Positions 28,901 to 41,900 of a stretch of DNA of 64,000 nt are shown here, piece by piece (position 1 is the first letter of the stretch; each line of letters starts with the position of its first letter). The DNA lies in the NCBI GenBank assembly GCA_964036045.1, contig OZ038378.1, forward strand, positions 140,926,001 to 140,990,000, written 5' to 3'. A program made the position numbers and the translations under genes. Source of the DNA: Eutreptiella sp. 'Long Island Sound 2002'. Lineage: Eukaryota; Protista; Euglenida. A model generated the notes under the pieces. The model saw only the letters and a list, made by a program, of their open reading frames with translations. It did no database searches and was not told the origin of the DNA.

Positions 28901-31244
28901 GGGTAGCTAGAAAATGCGCTCCTCAAGGGGGAGTTTGGGCCCCAAAATACCCCGTGTTACGGGTGCTAAGCGTCACCACTGTCAGCACACGGCATTTGGC
29001 GCCGGTTCAGTTGGATGGCGATGAGACTATGATCCTGCGAGAGCCCCATGGTGGACGACCGCATAAAGAGCTCAAGGGGTCCCCTACTACGGGTCCCGCC
29101 GGGAGGGGTAACCCGATGCCAGACCTTGGCCTCGCATTGCCGTCTTGACCCTCGCATTGACGCAAGATGGGAGCCCACCATAGGGGACAAGTTCTATGCC
29201 AGGAGCACCCGGGTACCCCCCTACTCCTCCCAATGAAAACAGTACCCGGTGGCCCGGAGGATGGCGTCCCAGGTGTCTCCCCACACCACTTCTACGGGCC
29301 GCCGTACGGGCAAATGGGCCGGAGCTGGCGGTCTCTCTAGACGAGGTGCACAGCGTCCTACGCACCCGGGGTGTTGCGGCCGTACGCGTTCACCTCTTGC
29401 GCCTCCCCATTGCACCCCTCTCAGGCTCGTGCGGCCCCAAGGCGGTGAGCCTGGCCCTAAAGTGGGACCAATTAGGCCGGGACTAGCGGTGCTGGCTCGC
29501 CTCCCTCATGCCCCAATACGTCGCGGCGCTGCAGCGCCCCTGGACCCCCTAGCAGCCGCGGGCACAACAACTCACCCACCCACTGCACAACACCATACAC
29601 CGCGCTGCACAAACGTGCAAGGAAGACTACCTTGATAAACATGGGCCCTGACTGCTCCGCAACATCTCCTGCCCGTACGTTCAAGTCATGTCCGACTCCG
29701 CCAGATCCCAATCCGCTGCCTCCCCCGAGCACCACGCCGCCTCCACTGCTGCTCCCGCTCCCAGTCAGCAACCCGGAGACACCCGCGGAGCGGGAGGCAC
29801 GGCACCTCCGCGAGGCTGTTGCCCTTGTCCCCCAACCCTCTCCACCCGCCATAGGGGGCGGGGCGAATAGGGACGGCTGGGCAACACACGCGGCCGCCGC
29901 CCCCGTCGCTTCGCAAGAGCGCCACGACCCGGCCCACTGCGGTGAGCTGCGCCGGGCACCGACTTGATGCCTAGGTTAATGGTCCTAGAGGCCCTAGAGA
30001 TGGGAGCTAAATGCGCCGACACCCCCCACCCCCCAAACCGGGCACGCGGCGGCGCCCTGAGGTAGGGGGAGGGCCGAGGGAAGGGGAAGAGGGAGGACGG
30101 CACCACCAAAGACACCAAGAAATGACGAGGCATCACAATCAAATGATGCAGAACACGGAGGACGGACAAACCAAGGAGTATGTATGGATGTGGAAGGAAG
30201 TCACGGCCACTTTGTAGAAAAACCAGGATTAGGAGTCCAACTTAAGTAAGAGTCCAAGCCCGGGCACCAAAGACACTCACAAGGGAGAGGACCTCTATGA
30301 CATATTGGATGTGTACCAGCAACGGGTGGCCAGCAATTTTGCGAAAATAAAGAGTCATGTGCAGGCTGTTGAGGAGGACACGGAGAATTTGGAAACCAAG
30401 CGAGCTGAAGATTATGAAAAACTGTAAAATAGTCTGCAGGAAGTGAAGGAAGCCAAGAAAGAAGATCAAATGCACACAGATCATGGTGGCCGTGATGTGA
30501 GAGCATTGCCGGATCCGAAAGCGGACATGTATGCCCATTAGGATAAGGGCGGTGCATATCAAAGGGACCTGGCTTTGGGCGCACATAGAGCGGTGCAAGC
30601 CCCCCTAAGCCGGTGGAATCCAGGTCTAATGGCGCCCGAATGCAGTCATGTTGCGGGTTACCTAGCTAAAGAGGATGTCATATGGGCACAGGTGGAGCCC
30701 TATTTCAAGGAGGATCACTTCATCCCCGGGATGGCGCTAGACACCAAGAAGGTGAACATGGGAAGGAGGACGGACATCATTCCGATGGGGGTTGGTGATG
30801 GACCAGCTTTCCAAGAAATCACGTCGCCACAATTGTCTAAAGTTCATCAATCACAGGCAGTGGACCCCAAGTTGATGGGACAAGAACGGGGTCCGTTTGG
30901 GGAGCAAGCCAATAACCCTCCTTTGGGCGGGCAGCATGTGGGGTTGGGTCCCATAGTGCGTCCTCGTCAACCTCCGGAATTGTGGATCCAAGGGCAAATG
31001 CTCCGGGCGCACAGTTGGGCCCCCCAATCCCCCTTGCGCATGGGGGCTGCGACTCCTCGGTTCCGGACGCCAACTACTTTTGCTAGCCTTTGCCCAGGGG
31101 GGTGGTGGTCTCTGGGAGGGTTAGTTGAGGGAGGGTCCAATTGGGGCAATTTGAGGGGTACAAGATCCCTCAAATTTCGTTCATGGCTGCTTATGCCACG
31201 TCATTGCTCTCCATTTCGGACCCCCACAATAAGTCTGACCCTAG

Positions 31245-31385
31245 CCTAGGATTAGAGCTTGGGCTAGGGTTAGGGTTAGGGTGAGGGCTAGGGTTCGGGT
31301 TAGAATTAGGGCTAGGGGTAGGTGTAGGTGTAGGGTGAGGACTAGCCTGAGGGTTGGGGTGGGTTTTAGGGCTAGGGTTGGATTG
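31245..31385 (+). repeat. Degenerate interstitial (TTAGGG)-like hexamer tract
   Basis: GGGCTAGGGTTAGGGTTAGGGTGAGGGCTAGGGTTCGGGTTAG... Confidence 0.75.
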
Positions 31386-32689
31386 TGTTGGGGTGCAAAG
31401 GGAGGAAATTTTCTGTTGTGCACATTTGGTGCCCATGGAGCGTCGGTCGCCTTTGGTGCCCATGGACACCTAAGTGCGGCACCTTTGGCAACTAACTGTT
31501 GGACGGAGGCCTCCTTGGGGGGGGTGTTGGCGTCCTAGGACCTGCGGAGCACTACCCCCCCCCCGTGCCCCTGGGTTTTCAATAGGCATAAGACCTATAG
31601 CTCACGCGCTCCGGATTTCGTTTGCCGGGTGCAATTCCATGCCTCCTAACTCGGCCGCGCTGGCACCCTTCGCGGGGGCGAGGGTGATGCTGTGTGTAAT
31701 GTCGCGTTATGGTTGTTGTTCTATTGTGTTCGCATCACGGGGGGGGGGGATTTACAATCGGTCCGGATGCGACGCGCCCTAGGCTATCTGTCGTAACTTG
31801 CGGGGAAAGGGGGGGTTGGCGGGATGGTGGGGGGGTATTGGTAGCTCAGCCGGGGGGGGTCCCGGGGGGGGGGCGGGCTACACACGACCCCCTACTACCA
31901 CATGCATACCTCAAGGGTGTGTGTGTGTGTCTGGGGGCATGGGGGTGTAGAAGTATGTAGGATGGAGTGCGCTGCCCAGATGACCCGACTGCGCCGCTAC
32001 CCTTGCTACTATGGTGGGCTGCGGTGTACGGCGACTCCCGGGTTCTATGGCTCTGGCATCACAGAGGGGTTCCAGAGGGGAATGGCTGGATACGTGGATG
32101 ATGTTGTATGACCAACCGTAACGGTCTGTGGAATGCCGAGTGTTCTCCGTCTGGTGGATGCGGCGGCGGAGATAGCATATGAGACGTGGCTTCCTACTGG
32201 CCTTTGCGTGTGGCAGCGGCCGACGTGATATGACGGCCATTGCGACGTGGCAGGTCGTGCCGGCCTAATAGTGCACGGTACCGCCCCCGCAAGCACGGTT
32301 CGGCCGACGAGTGGCTACGCCCGCCTGCCCCGGTCGTCTCGACCAGGGTAATAAGGGCCAAACCCCAGTAGGGTATTCCCATGGCACCGGGGTCTCTATT
32401 GGCGACCTAGCTACGGCAGTCACGGGGGTTACTCCGGGGGGTTAAGTGAATACATACATGTCCCCATGCTAGCGCGACTGGTGTTGACCACGGGCTGCGG
32501 GGAGTGGCCTGATAGGTCGGGCTGCGTGTGGAGTCATAGCAGCATGGATGGCCACAAGGGATATGCGAAGGTGCTACAAGTCGATGATTAATTGCGACTG
32601 GAAAAGGACGTGGGCGTGGACGTCTGAGACGGACATTGAGGGTTGGACGGGTCTGCATGTATGAGGTTTGGCAGCGGGGGGGTGCCCCT

Positions 32690-33330
32690 TCACCCCAGGA
32701 ACAACTCAAGGAGGTATCGGGGCAGCCCACGGGCCCCGGAAGAAACTTCGTGGGGGTATAGGGGTGCCCCCTGACTCCAAGACCAACCCAAGGAGATATT
32801 GGGGCCGCCCACGGGCCCCGGGAGATAATCTCTGGGGGTATGGGGGTGTCCCCTGACCCAAGGACCAACTCACGGAGATACAGGGGCCGCCCACGGGCCG
32901 TAGGAGAAAATCTGTGGGGTATGGGGGTGTCCCCGGACCGTAGACCACCTCAAGGAGGTATAGAGGCCGCCCACGGGTCACGGGAACAATTCAGTGGGAG
33001 TATGGGGGTGTCCCTTGACCCCACGACCAACCCAGGGAGGTATCGGGGCCGCGCAAGAGCCCCGGGAGAAAATCTGTGGGAGTATGGGAGTGTCCCTTGA
33101 CCCCGGGACCAACCCAGGGAGGTATCGGGGCCGCCCGGGGGCCCCGGGCGAAAATCTGTGGGAGTATGCGGGGGTCTCCTAACCCCAGGACTAACTCGGG
33201 CAGGCATAGGGGCCGCCCATGGGTCCCAGGAGCAATTCAGTGGGAGTGCTTGGGTGTCCCGTGACCCATCGAACAACTCATGGAAATACTGGGGTGTCCC
33301 TCTAACCCCGAAAACAACCCAGAGGGCGTA
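32690..33330. repeat. ~82-bp tandem minisatellite, about 8 diverged copies
   Basis: GACCCC..GACCAACCCAGGGAGGTATCGGGGCCGCCC..GGGCCCCGGGAGAAAATCTGTGGGAGTATGGG.GTGTCCCTT; unit starts at 33017 and 33099. Confidence 0.85.
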
Positions 33331-35532
33331 CTGGGGCATCCCCTGGCCCCACAAGCAAACTAGAGGGACAATGCCTACGGGCATGTGCATAGCCTAACCA
33401 TTTGACCTGTGCACACGTAGCCAGTAGCACGGCGGCAGGGGCGTTGGCGGTGGTGTGCGTAGAGTGACGCACTCGCGGGTACAGGGTGTATGCGGCACCC
33501 GGTGTCCCGGTGTGGCGCGGTAGCGGTGCGAGCGGGCGGTGGTACAACGCAATGGCGGTAGCAGCAGGCATAGCCTAAGCGGTAACTGCGAGCGTGCGGG
33601 GCTATATAGGGGTAGAGTGGCATGAGTGCACCGGGATGTGCCAGTGTACACAGTGCCTGTATCAGAGGCCTAGGGGGTGAGGCACAGGCCCATGCTATAA
33701 GTAGGCATGCCACGTCGTCGGTGGATGCCGAACCTGCGGCTCGGCCGCTATTGTGGCGGAGATGGCACAACCACGGGAGCTGGGCAATTCGTGCAGGTAA
33801 GGGTCAAGGGTAGGCGCCAGGGCAATGTATGTGGGCCAGATGAGGTGAACCTGGTAACCACGGCGCGGGGCGAACCTCTGGTGGGTACCCACACGAGGTC
33901 GATAACCGAGCTACGGCACCCACCAGCCCGAACCCAGCTAGCGATATTCACGGGTTGTGCCTCTCATGCTGCAAGGTGGCCGGCTTCCCCCCTGTAGACC
34001 CTCGTGTTATATGATAAGAGAGTGTGTACAATTACCACGGGTCGGCTCAGGTCATTACCTTGAGGTGGGAGACCCAGTCCTATATATATGGGGTCCAGTG
34101 GGGGGTATACCATGGGCGCGGCTGCCGGCTATTGGTGGCAATGGAGAATTACCGTGTGCATATATACACTGATGTATCTCGGTCTACGGGTCCAAAAGAG
34201 GTGGGGGGGGGGGGGGGGCACAAAGTACTGATGGCCTATACGACGTGTAAACACTTTACGAATTTTCCTTCACTTCAACTTTCTGCCATGACTTGCAGAC
34301 AGTTCAGGTGGGTGTGTTATGTTGCACCTTAGCATGGTTCACCTTCTGACAACCACTGTTCGGCTTCGCCCTCTGCGGTTGTTAGCACCCTTGACGGGGG
34401 GGGGGGGGGGTCCTCTGCATCCCTCTGTTGAGGGCCAGGCTAGGCTGGAGCTAGGCTGGAGCTGCCAAGGAACCCTAGCTACACGTCCATGGACTTTTCT
34501 ATGCGCGTTACCGGTTGCAGGGTGCACGTGCGCCGATGGGATGATACGTCAAAGGACAATAGGGGAGGACACCTTGACGGGGCCTGCTCTTGGTGCGCCG
34601 CATGCATGCGGCTTCGTTTCTTGGTTGCTGCACTGCACCCCTAGGAAGCGCCCTTGCTTTCTGCTTGTTGCTATGATGCTGCGATGCTATGCCTTGCCCC
34701 CTTACCCCCGGCGATCCAACGGGCTGGCGCTCGTCGCCGTTGCTAATGCTAACGCTCTGCATATGCCACTGCCCCCAAAGCTTGATTTACCAGTATCCCC
34801 GGTCCTCTGGGTCCTCCGTCATGCCGTGGGCCACCTCAGGCAGCCCTGGGACCCACGGGATCGAGCAAGGCAGGAACCACCTGTCGGTGTGAGATGCCCG
34901 GTAACTCTAATAGACGGAAGGATAAGTGGTTATGACTATGACTATGACTATACAGGTATGTATGCGATAATCGCGGTTTTTCGGCTTTGCCAAGAAGAAA
35001 GTCTTATGGGTCTTAAGGACCAAAAGCATAGTACCGCCTTAAACTAAGCACGGGATAAAAAATTTGGCGCCGTTGGTGCCATGGCTCCCGCACCGCTATC
35101 TTTCAAAAGTTAGGGAGCGGCGGGGGGGGGGGGGGGTGACATGGTCACCAACTAATTGTCATTGACTTAATTTATGTTTGAACTAGCTTTGTTGGAGTAT
35201 TTTTGAAGCCAATATTTATATGACCAATTAGTGGGGGGTCCCATATTGCAACCAGTTGGTCATATAATGTGATAGCTGCCCCTCGTTTGTAACTAAAGGT
35301 TAGAAGGTGCTTTAGTTATCGTGTGCACCTTATTGCTCTATGGATTTATTGTCTTTCAACGATTTGCAGAGACAACTAAAGCATTAAAAGAGTAAATAGT
35401 TGCCAGCGGTTGATGTACGCAAGTGTTTTGGTGACTATCATGGGTCGGGTTTGGATCAGCGGTGGTTTTTCTGTGTCGGTTGGTCACATACAGGTTTCCT
35501 ATCTGCGCCATACAATGTCAGTGGATAGCGCC

Positions 35533-36477
35533 ATGAGGACAGAGAAAGCAGCACTACTGTCACGCGGATTGTGCGACGACGTGTAGAATCTGGTGGCCGA
35601 TTTCAACGCCGGATGGCTTGGAAGCTGCTCCGCCCCTTTCGGGTACTACGGCTCTGGGTCGTACTGCAGCAACTGTGGGTTTGACATGGAGTACGACAAC
35701 TCCGCCGTTGACTACGCTTATAATAAAGTCAACCCATAAACACGAGGGCGGTTCTATACGACCCTAGTGTGTTGTCAAGCCTGCAAAGAGGAGTATGAAT
35801 CCACCTTCCCCGAGATGGCTGCATGATGCAACTGTTTCGATTTGACGATGTCCCAAAGCTATGAATTGTGGTCCATTTTGACTTCTTGTCGCATTGTCTC
35901 AGTTGCTCCGCGCATCGAGTCCTCGACGCCACCCTTGACAGCGCCCCCGCGGGATTACCTGACGTTTGACACTGAGCAGCGCAGCCAACAGTCCAAGAAC
36001 GATCTGGTTGCTGCACGCATGCACCATCATGCGGGCGCACAATTTGTGACCCTCGTCCAGGCGGCCACCCTGGGGAAGGGCCTCGGAGACTTACTCTTCG
36101 ACGCCTTCCTCCAGGTCGCCCGGCACAACCGCCCCCCACTTGCCACCCCTGACGGCGAGAGCCCGCCCCCCACAGGGACCCGAATCTGGGTGCCTCCCAT
36201 CGACTGGGGGCCACACCTTGTCGGATACCCCGTGCCGGGGCGGGTGGACACCAAGGGCCGCACCCGCTACCACGAGCCCAACATGGCCCACCCCCCACCC
36301 TGCGCCACCCCCACCGACACTAAGGCGTGGGAAAGAGAGACATGGGTCGACCGGATGGCCTCCCTGAGCAACTTCAGGGACCACGACCGGGGCGACATCA
36401 CCAGCCCCAAAAACCAGCAGCCAGCTGCCTCCACGTACATGACAAGCCCTGGAAGAAGAAATGAGAAGGGGCTGTGA
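35533..36477 (+). pseudogene. Decayed ORF (~315 codons) with two CxxC motifs
   Basis: One frame from the ATG at 35533: MRTEKAALL...YCSNCGFD...VCCQACKEEY... continuing into the track ORF 35842-36477; three in-frame stops (TAG, TAA, TGA). Confidence 0.45.
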
Positions 36478-37459
36478 AGATTGGATGGATTGTTGGTGAG
36501 AACATCAGATATCTACGTCTCTGTACGCATAAAGTCTACTTCCAGCTAGCTTGGCAACGCCTCCAAGGGGCTCTGGCGTTTTGGGGTTATCCTAAGGCTC
36601 TGTGGAATTCTCCTCCTATCCTTTGGGAACGTAAATCAATGCATGTCAACCCACACTAGGACCCTGAAATGGCGTCTCTGTTTGCTCGCCTCTCACAGGT
36701 GAGTGGCGTCAGGGCTGAGCCTCTGAACCACAGGGGAGTTGCTCTGCAACCCCCCACCACGCTGGCATTTCGTGGCCCACACGATGCTGACATCCCCTTC
36801 TCCTGGCACAAAATGGTCACACGCCTCCACCAAAACCTAAAGTCCGTTGTAAGCTTCCAACTTTTTGCCACACTTACACCACTACCGAATCTGAATAGGA
36901 TTGTCCGCGCATTCAGTATTCACACACTGTCACATCACGGCATCTCAACTCAGTAGTGAATTTCGCTGGATTTTTTTGCATTTCACGCTGCATTGTTTCT
37001 ATTTTTTATGTGATTTAACCTCTGTGGTGTATTTATTGTTTCACAGTTTTTGCTGATGAGGGAGCCTCTAGCTCCGAAAAGCTTACACTCCAAGACACTC
37101 AGTTTGGTTCATTGATACGTGCTATGCCTTGATTGCTGCCTTTGATTCCGTCTTTGTGAATTGGGGCATTTCAAGAGAGTGAAACACCTATGGGCTTTTT
37201 TGGTGTTGAAGCATTCATGGCAAGACGAAGTCGAACCCAAGAAAATGATTCCTCTGTAAAAAGCAAACGTACAGGCTAAAAACAAAATGACAACTATTGA
37301 CCATTTCCGGGTCAAAGAAGGCATTTCGTTTTAGCTCCCAGCTCTCAGGCTGAAATATACGTTTTCGTGACTGCGATGCATGCTACACATCGATGGGGGG
37401 CTGCTACCCTTGTCGCACAAGGTCCAAAATCACGCATTTCAGGCCAAAAAATGGCAATT

Positions 37460-37850
37460 TTCGAGCATGGGTGGTCATGGTGGGGGGGGGTTAATTGAGT
37501 GGTCTTTGGGGGGGGGGGTCACTGCGGGGTCCATGGGTGGTCACTGGGGGGTCATGGGGGGGTCATAGGGGGAGGGGACCCATGGGTGGTCAAAGGGGGG
37601 TCCATGAATGGTCAATGGGGGTTCTTCAGGGGGTCATAGGGGGGGGGGGTCCATGGGTGGACAATGGGGGTTCATGGGGGGGGGTTCATGGGGGGTGGTC
37701 CATGGGTGGTCAAGGGTGGGGGGGGGGTTCATGGGTGGTCGATGGGGGTTCATGGGGGGGTCATAGGGGGGGGGGTTCATAGGGGGGGGGTCCATGGGTG
37801 GTTGATGGGGGGTCCATGGGTGGTCAATTGGGTGGCCTTTGGGGGGTGTC
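37460..37850 (+). repeat. G-rich minisatellite of (G)nTCCATGGGTGGTC/(G)nTTCATG units
   Basis: Direct reading; many runs of 4 or more G. Confidence 0.85.
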
Positions 37851-38393
37851 CTGGGAGAACAATAGGGTGGTAGGGGCTAGCGCAAATAGTCATATGAACA
37901 ATTAGTTGCCCCCCCCCCAACTAATGGCTCATAGGCCATGAAATAGTTGGACCCTCTAAGTTGGGCAAGCGGAACTTCAAAGGAGAATTAGTTGGCACCA
38001 TAGGGGGCAGGCAAAATGCCTTTAAGAGCAATTAGTTGGCAGACAGGACCCCCCACTAAATGCTCTATAAAGAGTAAGCGGATGGGAACCCCAACTAATT
38101 TGGTTTTATAGAGCAATTAAGGCATTATCTTGTAGTTGGCCGCCAAGCCCCCCACCCCCCATGGTTCACATGGGGTCGTGCCGTGGGAGTTGTCCGACGT
38201 TGTCCTATTCGGAGCCGGTTAGCTCAGCGTTCCTGTTGTGGGTGTTGTTGTACGTTCCTTTGGTATTCGGACTGTCCGCCGCTGGCATTGTGTTGCGTTA
38301 GTGGCGGTTTCATGGTTGTGTAGGTCGTTGTGGTTTGTGGTATGTTGGTGCTGCGTATGTGATGTGTGGGTTGCGGTCGGGTGCTTGTGGGCA

Positions 38394-38564
38394 GCGGCGA
38401 TTGAGCACTGGGAGAAGCCCAAGATGGTGTCCGAGCTACGGGCATATCTGGGGTTTTGCAACTACTACTCGGCATTTATCACGATGTATGCTGAGTATGC
38501 AGCCCAGATGAAGGCCATGCTCAAGGGCAACCGGGAGGAGAACAAGAAGGAGTCCAAGGACTGA
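38394..38564 (+). pseudogene. Ty3/gypsy RT thumb/connection fragment
   Basis: AIEHWEKPKMVSELRAYLGFCNYYSAFITMYAEYAAQMKAMLK matches the gypsy pattern AIxxWxxPxxxxELRxFLGxxNYYxxFIxxYAxxAAPLxxLL. Confidence 0.85.
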
Positions 38565-39699
38565 TGTTATGCTGATTTGGCGTGAGGCATATCCCACATT
38601 GCATGGCTATTGCCCATCATTTCATTGTCAGTTCATCTTGGAAGGGGCCTATGTTGTCTTTGGCATTGCGCCTCAGAGGTCTTGATGACTATAAAGGTGT
38701 CCACCTTTTTCTCTGTGATGTACATTAAAATCTGATTGGGAAACACATTGGGGATGTTTCTGTGTGTTTGGTTTTGTTGTTTTCGTGATGTGTCTGCACG
38801 GCCAATGGTAGCATTCTCACTTAAACAGGTATATAATATAATATGTACCCTCATTCTATAGGACCATAGCAACACATATATATGCCCTACACAAGAGGCA
38901 TACACACACCCATAAAACATACGAACACGTGAAAACTGTGAGTGCATATCAATCACTAGCACACCTCCCATTGCTTACACCTACACATAAAAATGCACAC
39001 CTATTTAGCGAGACATACCACCTACTCGCGAGGCAAAATGGACTCGTAGAAGCATCCATATGACCCTCTCCCCAAGGACAGCCATCAATGTCACATTCAG
39101 CTGCTATGGCTATCAAACAAGCAATCCCATCTCAATGTATGATACCACCACCTCAATTGTCATCATTGTGCACTATGGGGTAACAGGCTCCGCGGATGCT
39201 AATTCTATCACCCTCAAATGTGAAGGCCCCCCACTCATCCAATTGGAAGCAATCTTCCATTCATATGAGATGATGCTAAATCACAATACCACCAAAATCG
39301 CCACCGATACACAACCACAAGAACCCCAAAGCAATCACTACGATCATGCAAGTCTCAACAACCATTGATCCCACCCCAACAAAAAACGGTCATGGCACAT
39401 ATGTTACTCTGGAATTCAAAAAGGCTAGAGCACAAGCACCTTCTAAGGGAAGGCACTCCGCATACACAAACCAAACCGTGTTGCAATTTCCCACACACTG
39501 CTACTCACTTTAAAGGTGGTTGTTGTGAGACCAAAATGAGTGCCGCGCAGATGGGTGTACTCTTAACCGAGCGAACGTTGTTGTTTCACGCAGCCGTTGG
39601 ATTAAACACAACGGCCACCACACCCAACCCGAGGCTTACATCCATTAGTAAATTACAACAATTATCAATGGAGAGCACAGCCCACCTAGCGGCCACAAC

Positions 39700-41900
39700 C
39701 AAATCGCGGCAAATGTTAAAATCTTCCTGTTCAATGCACGGATGTATGACTTGGATCGCGAAGGGGGGGGGAAGAATTCATTGAAGGTGACGGCCTCACA
39801 AGTCCCAGCAGCAAATGGGAGTGGTCGGCAATCAATGTTAACGACATTGTAGTCAAGCTACAATTTGAGGATGACAACATCCCCATAGGTGAATATGACA
39901 TCGAGTACATCCCTCAAATGGTACTTGATGACTGAATATTGGAAGCGCTCACCAAACACCGCACCACGTTACATTTGTTGGACACCATTGCGATGGGCTT
40001 TGGCAACCACACGAGAAGCCAAATACCACGTCACAGTGTACCGCTTGCAATATCAAGGGTCCATCTTGAGCCATCAAAAGCAATGGCATTCGAGACAAGC
40101 ATGGCCGTAAGATTCCGATCGATATGCGGTGCAGCCGTGGATGGAATATGTAGCAATCGTAAAAAAAAGAGTTGCCTTACTGCTCCGGCGGTGGTGCGCC
40201 TGTACTCAAAGGTGCACTGAGCCACGGGCACCATAAATCATAGACTATGCACACATGAACCAGCAAGGACCCTACGATGCTCTGTATATGATTTATAACA
40301 CAATACGATGTTCGTGTTCACCACACTTGCCTTACCTTGAGTCCAAAGGTACAAAATCTCTTCTTCCACGGATACGTTGTCGATGAGGAAAGACGTGCAA
40401 ACATCCCCGCAACATTGGCAAAAACAATATGCGCCAAAAATACCACTTTTTTGGAGCGGCCAATTGCAATTGCCTCCTCACACACATTCACTCAAGGATA
40501 TGGCAGTGCCCCTGGAAACAGGCGAGGAAGACATGGTCCAAATGGTCGACCTTGCACAAGTTAATGCCCTCGATGCGCGGTGGCCCGGCATCGTTCCTCA
40601 CACAATGATTGCATAGCAAAATCGGATGAACACACAAGTCACAACATTTGTGTGGACTATGTTTTGAGGGCATATGATAGGACATGCACCCACAACCGCA
40701 AATCTAGCGATTTTTGCCGGATCTAGGCGGCCTTTTCAAGGGTTCAACTTCCACTTCACGCAGTTTGAATTTTCTTTAATTTTTGGCGAAGAAACCACGG
40801 GCAAAAGGGGCAAAAAGTGAGCAATGCGAGCGGACGCATTCAAAAGTGCGGTGCACAAATGGTACATTTGTTCCCGGAAGACTCAAGCATTCACTTGTTG
40901 GACACCTCCGTTGACCACATACACATACTAGCGGATGAAATTTTCAACCTCACTTGTGCGCCATGTACCCCTTGCGTCCCCACGGCATCATTCTTTACAA
41001 AATCAACTCGTTACCAACATGACATTCTTGCGCGGGGATAGGAGCACCAGGAAGGTACATCCGTTGCTCTACTTGCCAACCACTACGAACAAAAGCGCCT
41101 CAACGAGGCTCTTTTTGGTTCACCTCAATTCGTGACGCGCATGGACCCCGTTGGCAAATTCCAAGGCAACCAAGTAGATATTGTCATCCTCAACATTGCA
41201 TCTGAAAACATCAATTTTTTTGCTTTGAATGCATGATACTATGTAGCGTGTTCACGAGCAGGGCATAGGCTGTTTGTCATGGGTGAAATTGCAAAGTGGA
41301 AAGAACACCAACAAGAAAAGCACTTGATGGATGCCTTGTGTGCAGTGGCATCTGGGCTAGCTATTCCGCTTACCCGCGTACATACTATTCAAGTTCTACC
41401 CCTATTTAAGCAAAATACGGCACCCAATGAAACATATGATTGGGTGACATTCATTTGGAAGACAAGGGGTAGAGCATTCCTCCAAACAACAATGCTACAA
41501 CGTGAGATCTTGCGCCACATCCAATCCAAGGGGCAAAGTTGCTCATAAAAATTGCACATGGGTGTTCGTAAACATTTTAGCCTTTCAATTACCACGGCGC
41601 CTAAAAAGCTTCATTATGAAGCACTTGACCCATTAAGCTATGTAGATGTACAATGTCAACCCCTGCATTCGTGGAAGCTGGGAATATCCACGGATGTGTG
41701 CTGCAAAATGCGGAGTGCACTCAGTAGTGGCAACATGTGCTATACCTTAACACTGCCCCTATTCCAATCTTTGTTACGGCCATGTTAATGCATTGCACAC
41801 ACATGACCATGAGTGCACCACTCATGTATTTTTTGTACGGCCTCATCCCCCAACTCAATACTCACCCTCTATGCCGGTCATCGGGCTAACAAATGCCCTT
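39700..41900 (+). pseudogene. Decayed UPF1/DNA2-like SF1 helicase, copy 1
   Basis: YVVDE (~40372), LQLPP (~40464), QNRM (motif IV, ~40617), KFQGNQVDIVILNI (~41156), YVACSRAG (~41239); many stops and frameshifts. Confidence 0.8.

Larger units (their letters stand above)
35050..38160. mobile_element. Possible DNA-transposon-like element delimited by clustered CCAACTAATTG motifs
   Basis: Motif in both orientations near 35148 and 35224 and near 37899, 37917, 37986, 38029 and 38091. No transposase, clean TIR or TSD recognised. Confidence 0.35.

Noticed and set aside
31245-31385. Functional telomere
   Set aside because: Short, degenerate and internal, with sequence continuing on both sides.
32060-32200. 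AGYVDDVV as an RT active-site remnant
   Set aside because: A single short motif with no supporting upstream RT motifs at the right spacing.
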